64,000 bases of DNA. Origin: Guillardia theta CCMP2712. Its lineage: Eukaryota; Protista; Cryptophyta. This document shows, in pieces, positions 11,470 to 23,275 of the stretch; the first letter of the stretch is position 1, and every line of letters starts with the position of its first letter. The translations under genes and the position numbers were made by a program. The stretch spans positions 155,387-219,386 of the forward strand of contig NW_005434563.1 in assembly GCF_000315625.1 (NCBI RefSeq), read 5' to 3'. The notes under the pieces were generated by a model that was not told the origin of the DNA, did not search any database, and saw nothing but the letters and a program-made list of their open reading frames with translations.

Positions 11470-14400
11470 ATGAAGCGCAGGCTAGCAGAGGCATGGTCGG
11501 GTTGGTCCCTGAGAGGAGATGAGAAGCGATCAAGATCCGAGGAAAGCGGTGGAAGCGGCAACCGAGGAAGCATCGTCTCTGCCGATGACTTGCGTGCTGG
11601 ACGCAAATATGACCTGCAGAATCAAGCGAGAGAGCTCGGGCTGATCCTGACACCTCAAGGTCGATACGTCCTCGAGGCATCGAGTCGTCGCAAGTTCTTT
11701 GCCTCGAGCCTTCCCTCCGGTCAGATCCTCTGGGAGACCGACGAGCAAGTGGACGGAGAGGACGTGGAGGAGATCCTCGTGGCCATGACCCGACTAGATC
11801 AGTCCGTCCATGTCAACACGGGCACTCACGGCACTGCAGACGGAGAGCTCAAGACAGCAGGAGGAGAAACGATTGACTTCTTTCGAGAAGACTTTGAGAG
11901 CATCAAGAAGCTGGAGGAGAAGGCGAAGGTGTCGCTGCATCAGGTGACCTCTCAGAGCGGGCCTTACCTGCCTCTCAACGCCAACATGGTCATCAACGGC
12001 TGGTGCTACAGCCATCGGTACGGCTTTGCGAGCAAGGTGGACCTCAACACGGGCAGGATCCCGGAGGACAAGCACGTGGAAGGGACGTACTGCAACCTGC
12101 CGAAGCGTCTGCGGGAGACGATCAAGAGCTCGCTGGGAGACGAGGAGGCGGTGGACGACGCCATGGGCTGCTACTTGGAGACCAACTGCACGGACACAGA
12201 CCCCGAGGTGAGAGTGACAGCAGGGGAGCGCTCGGGAGATCTTCTCGACCGCTTCATGCAGGACAAGCAGAAGCGCGTGCTGGTGCTGCTCGGGTACGCG
12301 GGGGCGGGCAAGTCGACGCTGGTGAGGAGGTGGGCGATCGAGAAGGGAGAGGCATGGAAGGAGGGGGAGCCGTATCCAGTGTATCTGCATCTGCCGAGGT
12401 GCAGGAGCGTGAAAGCGTACATGGAGGAGGCGGCAGGAGTATGTTTCGGAGGCGAGGAGGCATGGCGAGGCTTCATCAGGGCACGATCGTTCTTGGTGGT
12501 GCTGGACTCGTACGATGAGATAGGGGAGATGGACAACGTGGTGGCGAAGGTGATGAAGGAGCTCGCGGGCTGCCGGGGAGTGAAGGCAGTCCTCACTTGT
12601 CGGAGCGGCTACTTGCAGAAAGAAAACGCGTCTAACCCGCTCCTCTGGCCCCCGGGTACGGGAGGACAAGACGCTGTGCAGGTGGCTTGGGTGTGTCCGT
12701 TGAGTCTGAGGGACGAGGGTCGTGTCCGCCGGTACATTGAAGCGCACGCGAGGTCATCGGGCAGGGACTGGAGCAGCGAGAGGTGCAAAGAGGGGATGAG
12801 GGCGGTGCAGGAGCTGCGAGATGTAGTGAGCACGCCCTACTCGTTGAAGGTGCTGCTTGTCGCGCTTCCCCGGCTACAGGAGAAGAAGAGGAGGAGGCCG
12901 AGCTGGACCATCTCACGGCACAACATGCACAAGGAGTACGCCAAGGAGTGGTACAGGAGAGAGTGGGAGAAGCTGGCGCAGAGGCAGGAGCTTGCAGAGC
13001 AGGCCAAGCAAGCGGGAATGAGAGACGGGAACTACATGGAGTGGTACTCACGCGGGGCCAAGCATGTCTGTCTCTACATGCACAGAGAGCAGAGGAAGCA
13101 TGTCGTTCTCAAGGAAGGCGACGGCTTCTCGTCTGTCGCTCCTTTCAGCTTGCGGATGAGAGGAGGCGACGTGACGCAGCAGCTGGGGTACTGGCTGCTG
13201 CGCGGCAGCCTGACTCGCGTGAAGCACAACAAGCGAGAGGGCAGTCTGGAGGTAAGCTTTGTCCACGACCTGTACCGGAGCTTCTTCCTTGCGGAGGCAA
13301 CCTTGGAGGAGCTTCGGAAGAAGGAGGACGGGCAGGCGGACGAGGCTGTGCGAGTGCCAGCGAGTCTGTCGGTGCGAAACCTCCGAGGCGAGGTCGAGAC
13401 GATCAAGGAGCACGCCATTGTCGTGCAGGGCAAGCGCAAGTACCAGGAGAGGCTGTTTGACGTCATGAGAGCCTCGCGGGAGGACGGAAGCGAGGAGACG
13501 GGGAGGGCGTCAGCGAACGCGGCTACGATCTTGGTGGCAGCGAGCGTGAGCTGGTCGGGTCTAGACCTGTCGGGTGTGCGAGTGGCAGGGCAATCTTGAG
13601 GAACGGCATCTTCCATCGGACGGACTTGAGGTGGGCTGACCTGCGCGGGGTGGACGCGAGCCACGGATACTTTGTGGAGACGCGGCTGGAGGGAGCGAGA
13701 CTGGAGGGAGCTGACTTTGGGGAGAGGGCGACAGTGAGGATCGAGTGCAAGGAGGTGAGATGCGGGGCGTTCGAGCCCGGGGGGATGACTCTAGCAACAG
13801 TGTCGGAGGACGGGAAGATAAGGGTGTGGAATGTGGAGACCGGAAGGTGTGTGAGGGAGCTTGGGAGGGGAGGGGAAGAGATCGATATGATTCGATGGAG
13901 GGCTGACGGGAAGAGGCTGGCGTCGGGGTCGAGGAGAGGGAGGATAAGGGTGTGGGACGTGGAGACAGGAGGATGCTTCCTTGACCTTGAGAGGAAGGAG
14001 GAGATAGGGGAGATAGGCTGGGTGGGGGACGAGAGGATCGCTTGGTGGACGCACAGGAGGGAATACTGCATGCAAACAATGGACGTGGAGCTGGGAGTGT
14101 GCACTCGCGAGCACAAACTTGAAAGGGCTGGGAGACACTCAACACGTTTTGGGCCTGAGGGGCCCGACGGGAGGAGGCTCGCGGGCGTGTCGGAGTCAGG
14201 GGGACGGGTGTGGGTGTGGGATGCAGAGACGGGGAGGGGCGAGGAGCTGCAGGAGGGACCCGAGGGAGGAGTGAGGGGGGCTGAGCTGGGGGCCGGACGG
14301 GCACACTGTTTACGCGGCATATGTCTAATGGGTCGATCAAGACTTGGACATTGAGGGATGAAGGCTTGTTTCTTCTCACAGCTGATTTCAATCGAAACGA

Positions 14401-14533
14401 GAGAGAGCTTGTGTGTCGCTATGCTTCAATCGACCAGTCGCTCTCCAGCCCCGTCAGACGCCTGCTGGAGGAGAGAGGAGCCGTCGCTCAGGCTAACACA
14501 CCAACCAGAGGCTCGTGGTGCTGTGTACAGTAG
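11470..14533 (+). CDS. Intronless NLR-like STAND protein: His/Cys protease-like N-terminus + NACHT + pentapeptide repeats + WD40; frameshifted in the 3' third
   Basis: Walker A GYAGAGKS, Walker B FLVVLDSYDE, sensor VLTCR. ASANAATILV...SGLDLSGVRVAG leads into pentapeptide repeats, then WD40 repeats (IRVWNVETG, IRVWDVETG) and a terminal LLEERGA. Single-base frameshifts at ~13589, ~14278 and ~14320. Confidence 0.9.
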
Positions 14534-15094
14534 AGGTCTTGAGGGAGTGGAGGAGGTTCTGTTCGATTACATGTCAGGCAGCTCAGCGTGTCTCTTCTCT
14601 GCCTTCATCTTCCTCTGGCTCCTCGTTTCTGTCGCCTTGTGTGCTCATGTTCTCGAGATCTGGTCCCCCGCTGAGATCCATCCAAGACCTCCATGTCCCC
14701 TCGCCTCCCACGTCCTGAGCTCCTGCAGTCCTGGTGTCTGCTGCCGCTGACTCTTGCGCATTCCTCCTCCTCCTCCTCGAGCTCCTGCGCCTCTTGCTGA
14801 TCCGTGCCTCAAGGCTCGTGTAAGGCAAGCGAGCTCTCGCTGTTATCCTCAGCCCGCTCCCCTATGTCCTGCTTTCCTTGTCTCCATCCTTCGAGCAGGA
14901 GGGGTAGCGCTCGTCCCTCTCTCAGCCACAAGCTCCTGCTCATCCCTCTCCGCGCGGCAACAGACTCCTGCCCCTTCTCTCCCTCACCATCAGCTTCCTG
15001 CCCTTTTCGCGCCTCCCTCACCCATCGCTCCCTCCTTTCCGCCTCCCTCTCGCCGTCTCCTCTCGCAACCAAGCCTTTCTCGCCCCTCCTCTCC

Positions 15095-16870
15095 TCACGC
15101 CTGTGCCCCTCCGCCTCTCTGCCTCGACATCTGGCTCTGCACAAACACGTTCTTGCTCGACCTCTCGCTCCTCTGCGACCTCTGGTTCTCCTCCGCGATC
15201 TGAGACCAGTGCATCGACCCGCTGCGAGGAGTGCTGCCCTCCAACCCCTCCGACGGGGCAGCAAGCTGCGGAGCGGGGCCTCGAGCGGAGCTCTGAGCGC
15301 TTCTTGGGGTGAGGACCCTCGACGCCAGCGCAGCGAGCATGTCAGCGCGGGAGAGGGTCTGACTCCTCCTCGAGTCTGAGTCTGTGAGGGGGGAGGCCTG
15401 CCTCGGGGTGACGAGGCGATGAGTGCCTGGCCGAGAGTCGCTCCCTCCGCTCGTCGCCGCCCAGTAGAGTGCGTGCAGCTGATCGGAGAGCAGGAGAGCT
15501 GCTCGGGGACTCGTCGTGCGGTTCCTTCGCACATGGGTCGAGGGCATCTGCGGACGGCAGTCATCTCCTCGCAATTCATCGCACAGCAGATACACACGCC
15601 CTTGTCCACCTCCTCCTCTCACACCCTTCTCACGTTTGCTCGCAGACGCTCAGCCCGTCCCTTGTCACCCCCTCTCACCATGTCCAATGACGGGACGTCG
15701 CTCGCCCTGCTGGCCCCTCGCGGTAGAGAGCCTCTGGACTCTACCGTCCTCGGCGAGCTCCTCACTCTATCCGGCGGGTCAAGGTCCTTCATCTTTGAAA
15801 GCTGCGCTCGAATGATTCGCAGGTTCAGCTCGTGCGTCTTGGGGAAGAAGCTGCTCGACCGCAACGTCCCTGCGGCTGACTCGCTCTTCAAGTCTGCCTG
15901 CTCGTCAAACTCCGCATCGCAGTCTGTTTGGACGCTCTCGTTGAGCGTGGATGTCTCTCTGCCACGACTCTGGATCGTTTGTTGAAGATGTCTGATGGAC
16001 TCAAGCTCGGACCGCATGCATCTTGGACAGCACGTACACATCCGACTCTGCATCCTCCCCTCCCTCCTCCTCCAGCCGCTCCAGAACTGCATCCCGCAGC
16101 GGATGGTAGTCCCCGGACGCTGTGCTTTCTGTGCGCATCGACTTGTAGTCCGACTCTGCCGTCGGCGAGTAGAGACTGCCATGGAGGTCGGCGTGGGGCT
16201 CCTCTTGGACGAGCCTGGACTGGTCGGGCAGCAGGGACTTCTTCCTGGCTAAGGTCAGAAGGTTGAGCATGTCATCCTCGGACTCTGCGTCATCGGACCT
16301 GTCCAACAACTTGGGTTGGAGCATGTGGGTGAAGCTGCTGTCGGACCCTTGCGACAGGTCGCTCGCCATGGGCTGTCTGGGAGGTATCTTCGGGAAGATA
16401 TCCTCCTGCTGAAGCTCGCTCTTCATAGGACGAGAGAAGCTCTCGTTCCTCTCCGACCCTGAATCTGTCTCAAGGAAGCCTCGCAGACGCTCCTGCCCCT
16501 TATCGAGCCCATCCTCCACCCCAAAGTCCTTGAAGCTCTCGAGGTTGTCGGTGTGAGTTGAGTCGTCCGTTGAGTTGAGGTCACTGCCCGAGGGCTTGGA
16601 GGAGGACACATGCTCTCGCGGTCTCCCCAGACATGCTCGGAAGCACAAGACCTTCCTCAGGTCTATCAAGCCGAAGCACTGCACCAGGTAGATGATAACT
16701 ATCATACTCAACAGTACCAACCCTACTTGCACGTACCTTTGCCAGCACATGTAAGGTACCATGGAGAAGAGTCTCTTATGCACATTACCATTGCATAGTT
16801 GACCTGCTGACAAACTCTTCTCTGTGCTCCTGAAGCGATAATGCAGATTTTCAATGACTTTCAAGTACAC
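15095..16870 (-). CDS. Hypothetical spliced single-pass membrane protein with Ser/acidic tail; boundaries approximate
   Basis: Hydrophobic VQVGLVLLSMIVIIYLVQCFGLI followed by hydrophilic consecutive minus-strand ORFs (16001-16870, 15619-16182, 15095-15622). Confidence 0.4.
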
Positions 16871-17833
16871 AATTTGATGCTCTGATCGGAGGTGCTAAGA
16901 GAGTCACTGCAGCATGGAGCCTGAGGAATCAGGCAGCTCATGCGGCTTGTGCGGCGGAGCTTTCGCACCTCAGTGAGCCCGGTACAAAACCCCACTGAAT
17001 CCGATCACCATGATGATCATGCTATGCTATCTCCGCCCTCCCCTCCCCACACACACCCCTCTTCGCGCCGCCTTCTCCTCTTCCTCCTCCCCCTCCCTGC
17101 CTCTCAGCTCTCCGTCCTTCACCGCAGAGCCCCCTCCCTCTCGCTCCCTCGGCAAGTCTTATCTTCACACAATGCCAGGTTTGTATTCAGGTCCTCGGTC
17201 TTCTCCACGCTATGTACAAGTTTTAGTAGTCTACAGAGCCTCGGGCGGTCTTGCGTCCTCGTCGCGGCTATCTGACGCCTACCCGAGGCACCTTGAACGT
17301 CTGCCCGAAATGAGGCTCCAGCATCTTGAGCTTGTCGAAGCCTCCGACGGATGGTGACGTAGTCGTTGGTGCTGGTGCTGGCGCTGGTGCTGGCGATGGC
17401 GATGTTACGATCATCGTCCTCGTCGTCCAGCAGCAGCTGCCCGACTGTCTCAGCGAGGCGCCTGCAAAAGATGGCGACGAGAAGGAGCGTGACGATCAGG
17501 AGGTCTCGCCATGACGAGCCGAGGAGGACTTTGAGGGGAGCGAGGTTCAGCTCGGAGTCTGAGAGGAGGGAGGCGACGGTGTGCGAGTCGAGGAGGAGGG
17601 AGGGGGAGGTATGAACAGGAGGAAAGGGGGAGGAGTTGATGGATGTGTGGAGCATGGCGGGGGCATACAGCGACAGACTCCCTTCCTCGTTTGTAGGGGG
17701 AGTATTTTATTTGAAAGGAGCTTATTTCAATGGGACTCGGGAGGAGCAGTGTCAGCAGTCACGGTACCCTCGCACAAGCGAAGCTCTGACAATCCTGATC
17801 AAAGATCATAGTACTGACGGTAGCTGACAGCTG

Positions 17834-20679
17834 CTAGGAAGCTTTCTGATCCGAAGGCAGAGCATACTCGATAGGCTTCCCAGGCTTGCTCGTCAAGCAC
17901 CAGTTGAAAGTCGACAGGTACGCCATGGCGACTATCAGGTCAGCCTGTCGCTCCTCGGTCGACAAGAACTCATTCAAGTATCGCTCTAGCCGAGACAAGA
18001 AGCACTCCGGCCTATTGCTGATCTTCGCCCAGATCTTGTAGGGGCCTCGTTCAATGTCCCCCGGCCCCCACCTCGCGTTGATCTTCCGCTCGAAGTCCTT
18101 CACGTCCGTCGGCCTCTCCACTGAGGTCCCGAGGAGCTTCTCGACTTGCTTGCTCCTCATCAGCGTCTTGAAGTCTCCGGCTATCAGCTCCGCCTCCTTC
18201 ATCAAAGCCTTGCCGACCCTCACCACGTCCTCATACTTCACCTTGCCCCTCACGTTCTCCCACGTGTCCCCCGGTGAGATGTTGTCAAAGGGCTCGAGAG
18301 CATCCGACAGCTCCGGCTTGTCGAGGAGTGCGGACAAGATTCGTTGATGTCTCTCTCGAGCAAAAGCCGAAGAGACCGAGGCAGTAGAGGCTTGCGAAAG
18401 AGCTGACTCGCTCCTAGCAACAGACTGAGCGGCATCGCTCCGACTGTCATCAGGGTCTCCAAGGCGATTTCCACCTCATGACATTCTGGTGAACTCGGAG
18501 GCGGCTGGCGGTCTTGACTGCAGGAGAGAGCAAGTCAGTCAACTTCATCGCCTAGCTGCTTTCAGCTTCACTCGCCTCCTCGATCACCCTCAGGGGCTGC
18601 TTCCCCCATCCCGCCGACCCTCCCGCCATCTGCTGTCCTCGCTTATGTGGGGTTACGTAGTTTGGTGCTGGAGGGGTTGGCCCCCCGCTCTCCTTCACCT
18701 CGAGTCGCAAGTCAGTCAGCTCGCAGCCTCTCGTCCTCTCTCTCTGTCTCTCTCACTCTCCCTCACGGGCACTACCGAGAGCTTCTTCAGCTCCTCGCCG
18801 ACTTGAGAGTCGACCTCCTGCTCTCGTCCCCAGACTGTCAGCGCCCCTGCCCCAGCAGCCAACGTTGACGTCAGTCATCAGCATCCTCCCTCATCAGCAT
18901 CGGCTCTCACCTCCTCCCTCTAGTTTGCTCATCGCCACAAAACCCTCCTCGTCTCCTCCTACGCCTGCCAGTAGAGCTCGGAGCTGCTCCGCCTCCTCCT
19001 TCTCAAGTCGCTCCTCCAGCTCCCCGTGCTCATGACTGCCAAACACCCACCCACTGCTGCTCACCCACGTTCGAAACCTGCCCTCCTCCTCCTCCCCCTC
19101 CTCCTGCTCCTCACTATCCTTGTCCAGCCACCCTCACTCTCTTAGCCAGCGCCACGGACAAGCAGGCGCAGCTGAGCCTCGTCATCTTCAGAAACGTTAC
19201 GAAGCTGCCGGTCTCGACCACCCGCGACAGCACGTGCACTGCGAGCAGAGGGCTCAGCCTCCCGTCCTGATCTGCCGTCATCTTGTTCTTGAGGTACCCC
19301 TCTGCTTCGTTCAGCGCCGCCTCCTCCGTCATGTCGCCCTCGTAGAAGTCTCGAAGCCGCACGTCCTCCTCCCACAAGCGAAGCTCTGACCTCGCTTCCT
19401 CGGGCATGTGCGAGAGCGACCTCCTGATCTCCTCGCGTACGGCAAAGTCGATCGCTGCTACCGCCGTCTTGCTCCTGGTCGACGTCCCGTAGGTCTCTTG
19501 TACCCACTGCTCTAGCTCCTCCGACCGGATCTCGTTCCTGCTCATATGACCGTTGACAGCCCTGATGAGGTCAGGACCAAGCCTCTTCTTCGATCGCGTC
19601 TGGTAGTATCTGCGAGTCACTTGAGTCCCGTACCTCGTCCCCTCGTACCTCAGGAACACCAGCACAAACATCGAGCACACCCGCCACCGCGGACTCTCTT
19701 CTAGCAGGCTGCCAAGACTCTCCTGCAGTAGGCCTAGGATGCTGCTTCGAAACGCGTCTGCTCCTGTCCCAGCTGCTGCAGGGCTGTATCCAGCTACGAC
19801 CTCTGCTGCAGGACCCGGGCTTGTCGGCCCTGCTGTTGGATCTTCCAGCCTCCTCGAGCTCTCCGCGACCCTCCTCGCTCCTTGTTGTATCTGCTGGATG
19901 TCTCTTAGGACCGTCGGTTCCGGCCTGATACACAAGTCCTCCGGGATAAGCTCTGTGCAGAACGATACTGCCACCTGCTCTCTGCGGCGACTTTCAAGCA
20001 TAGCATGCTGGATGGCCTGCTTTAGCCTCATGTTCCGCGCGAACATCCCATCCTCCTTGTCCAGAAGGTCCCTGAGGAATGCTGACTCATCATCTGCTCT
20101 CTGACCTCTGCTGCATGACAGGAATAACGAAACCTTCATGCTCCTAGTCCTGTTGGTTATCTCTGATTCGATTCTCTCCCTCCCTTGCACCTCGTCTCTA
20201 CACGCGTCTATGATGACGATCAGAGGAGGTAGCGCCTCCACGTTCTCTGCCCCCGCAGCCATGGCGCTCAGCACGTCTCCGACGGTCACCCTGCTCCCTC
20301 GTGTCTCCTCTGACACCTCCGGCCTCACGACATCGCATGTCAGCATTGCGATCTCACCCGAGCTCAGCTGTATAGCATGCCCGGCATAGAACACTAGCAT
20401 CAGCTCCGGTCGCTTGGTCTGGCAGTCCATGGCGAGAGAGGAAAGCATGTCTAACATGGACTGTCTCGTCGTCGGGTTGGCGAGGAAGGAGGAGGAGCAG
20501 CCCGAGCTGTCTTCCAGCTCCCTATGCATTCTACGCGCATCTTTCACAGCCTCAACCAATGGCGCGATATGCGTGTAGGCATCAGCTCCTATGCAGAGAG
20601 CCTTGACACGTCCAGTACCTCGCATCTCACTCTGTTGAGCGTACCTGAGAGATTGATTATTGATAGATAGATGGAACAA
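17834..20679 (-). pseudogene. Caspase-like multidomain gene, copy 2: full length but with two lesions
   Basis: Near-identical to copy 1, including introns and the AGHA/DACR dyad. A 2-nt deletion near 19128 shifts the frame (homologous DKDSEE...GRFRTW continues in another frame). TTA>TGA nonsense change at 18476-18478. Confidence 0.85.
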
Positions 20680-22155
20680 AGTAACATGTGTCTTTCATGG
20701 TAGATGGAACATGTCTCTCACAGTCTCTACAAATGAATAGCATGAGCATGAGCATGAGCATGAGCATAAGCTTTGTGTAAGGCTTATACTTGAGAAGATG
20801 CTCTAGTGTGTTCTCTTTGTGAGGACTATCTCAGATCATCTCCTTCATTGCTACCTTGCCTGCTTCTTCTCTCCTCCCTTCCACCAGCATCAGCCACGTT
20901 CCCACAGCCTCCTCTTTGCCTTCCTACGAAGAGCCGGCGACCATTGAGCCCCGCTACCTCATTTCCCAGTAGACCACCCTACCCACCATCAATTAGATTC
21001 CATCTCTTTTTTACCCCTTCTTTTTAGGTTATTCATACCCCCTCTCCTAGCACCCTTGCAAATCTCCCACCTCTAGCAGTAGGGGTACCCGAAGCCAAGG
21101 CTGATGCGTGTGCCCACTTTAGTTAACCTTGACTAAGGGTCAAAAGATCGGATCGGGCAAACTTTACTCAAAGTTAAAAGTAGACATGCGCCGCAATGCG
21201 GGACAGAATGAAGATCGAATGCGTATGTAAAGGTCATGCTGCACTTGTATGAGGTTCCAGCATCACATATATTGCATGATTCTCTCATGTAGTATGCCTG
21301 ATGCTGTCATGTAGAACATCAACAACATGAAACGGTAAATTATGATGTCTTTTATTGCATGAACTTCGTCACTTCAAGCGAATGCCCGCGATGTCTGGGT
21401 CTTCCATTTAGGATTTGCGGTTCCAATACACGCCTTCCAAAGAGCAATTCACTAGAATCTGCATAGCTTGACAAACTGATTCTCAGACAGCAGCGACGTT
21501 TGCCCGTTCGAATTTCCGCTTTACCTCTGCTTTTTCTTTAACCTATGTATGTTACTGTGAAAACGTGCTGTATGTAACCATGTGTTAAGTAAACGATATC
21601 ATTCGCAAAACTTTAGTACCATTGTCCTCATTGAGCACACCGTAACAGGGAAGCAGTCCTCACTGTTTCAGTGACGTTCGACGAGCGACTCGAACCGATT
21701 ATAAAGAGTCGGGGTATGCTCATGCTTGCATACTTGCACGAGTCTAATCTGACAGGATGCGTGTTGACGTCATGTTGTCAGTCAGATGGGAAGGCCAAGG
21801 TACACGACAAGGAGGTCTCAAAGTTAAGTTGCACAAAGTTAAGTTACGAGGCTCAAAGTTAAGTTACAACCAGTGATGAGGACAATCATCATAGCCTGAG
21901 CCTGGAGTAGACTCTGAGGAGGCTTGACCCGGTCAGTGACACTGCCGCACAGCCCATACATACACGGTCCGATACCCGGCAAGTCACAGGCTGCCAGAGT
22001 AAGGCTAAGTTGACATATACTATGATACACGGTACGGTCCGAGCGGCGGTCGGGCGCGGCCGCCCGGGATCCGGGCTACCTTTGGAGCTGGCGGGCAGCC
22101 CGCTGACCGTACTAGGCTGTACGCAGTGTAGGCAACTTGCACTGGGCCTATGCCT

Positions 22156-23275
22156 TCATCTGTACGGTGCCTTCAGATCTATTTCGGCATCAACGTCACT
22201 GACGGTAGCTGACAGCTGCTGGGAAGCTTCAGGCTGATCCGATGGCAGAGCATACCGTTCGAAAGGCTTCCCCCGCTTGCTCGTCAAGCACCAGTTGAAA
22301 GTCGACAGGTACGCCATGGCGACTATCAGGTCAGCCTGTCGCTTCTCGGTCGGTGAGAACTCATTCAAGTATCGCTCTAGCCGAGACAAGAAGCAGTGCT
22401 GCATTTTTTTTACGGTCCCAGTCCAGATCTTGTAGGGCCTTGATGTCTTGTCGTCCGCCCCCCACCTCGCGATGATCTTCCGCTCGAAGTCCTTCACGTC
22501 CGTCGGCCTCTCCACTGAGGTCCCGAGGAGCTTCTCGACTTGCTTGCTCCTCATCAGCGTCTTGAAGTCTCCGGCTATCAGCTCCGCCTCCTTCATCAAA
22601 GCCTTGCCGACCTTCACCACGTCCTCATACTTCACCTTGCCCCTCACGTTCTCCCACGTGTCCCCCGGTGAGATGTTGTCAAAGGGCTCGAGAGCATCCG
22701 ACAGCTCCGGCTTGTCGAGGAGTGCGGACAAGATTCGTTGTTGTCTCTCTTGTTTGTGGTCTCGTTTGGAGCGGGTAGACGAGGCTGGGATGGTTGGATC
22801 CTGCGATGCAGAATCGCTAGTGGACCGAGCGGCATCGCTCCGACTGTCATGCACTGGTCTTCTCCCGGATCTCTTCCTCCCGGAGGCAGCTGGTAATCCT
22901 GCCTGTCAGACAGAGAGAGAGAGCGATTCAGTCGATCGCGCAGCTTCTTTTAGCTTCACTCGCCTCCTCGATCTTCCTCACCTGCTGTCCTCGCTCATGT
23001 GTGGGCACGAGCTTTGCTACTGGAGGGGTTGGCCCCCCTCTCTCCTCCACCTCGAGTCGCAAAGTCAGTCAGCTCGTAGCCTCTCCTCCCCTCTCTCCCC
23101 GCCCCCATCTCCTCTGTCTGTCTGTCTGTCTGTCTGTCTCTTTCTCCCTCTCACGGGCACTACCGAGAGCTTCTTCAGCTCCTCGCTGACTTGAGAGTCG
23201 ACCTCCTGCTCTCGTCCCAGGACTGTCAGCGACCCTGCCTCGGCAGCCAACTTTCATGTCAGTCATCAGCATCCA
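22156..23275 (-). pseudogene. 5'-truncated copy 4 of the caspase-like gene (last three exons intact, no protease exon)
   Basis: GSLTVLGREQEVDSQVSEELKKLSVVP exon, conserved introns and a complete C-terminal domain ORF. Homology stops at ~23275, inside an intron. Confidence 0.8.

Noticed and set aside
11530-14391. Long antisense and alternate-frame ORFs over the NACHT gene (and similar ones over the caspase and protease genes)
   Set aside because: Shadow ORFs of GC-rich coding DNA, with no motifs.
19078-19137. Intron explaining the early stop in caspase copy 2
   Set aside because: The GTGAG...CAG pair is phase-incompatible with the downstream frame; a 2-nt deletion relative to copy 1 explains it.
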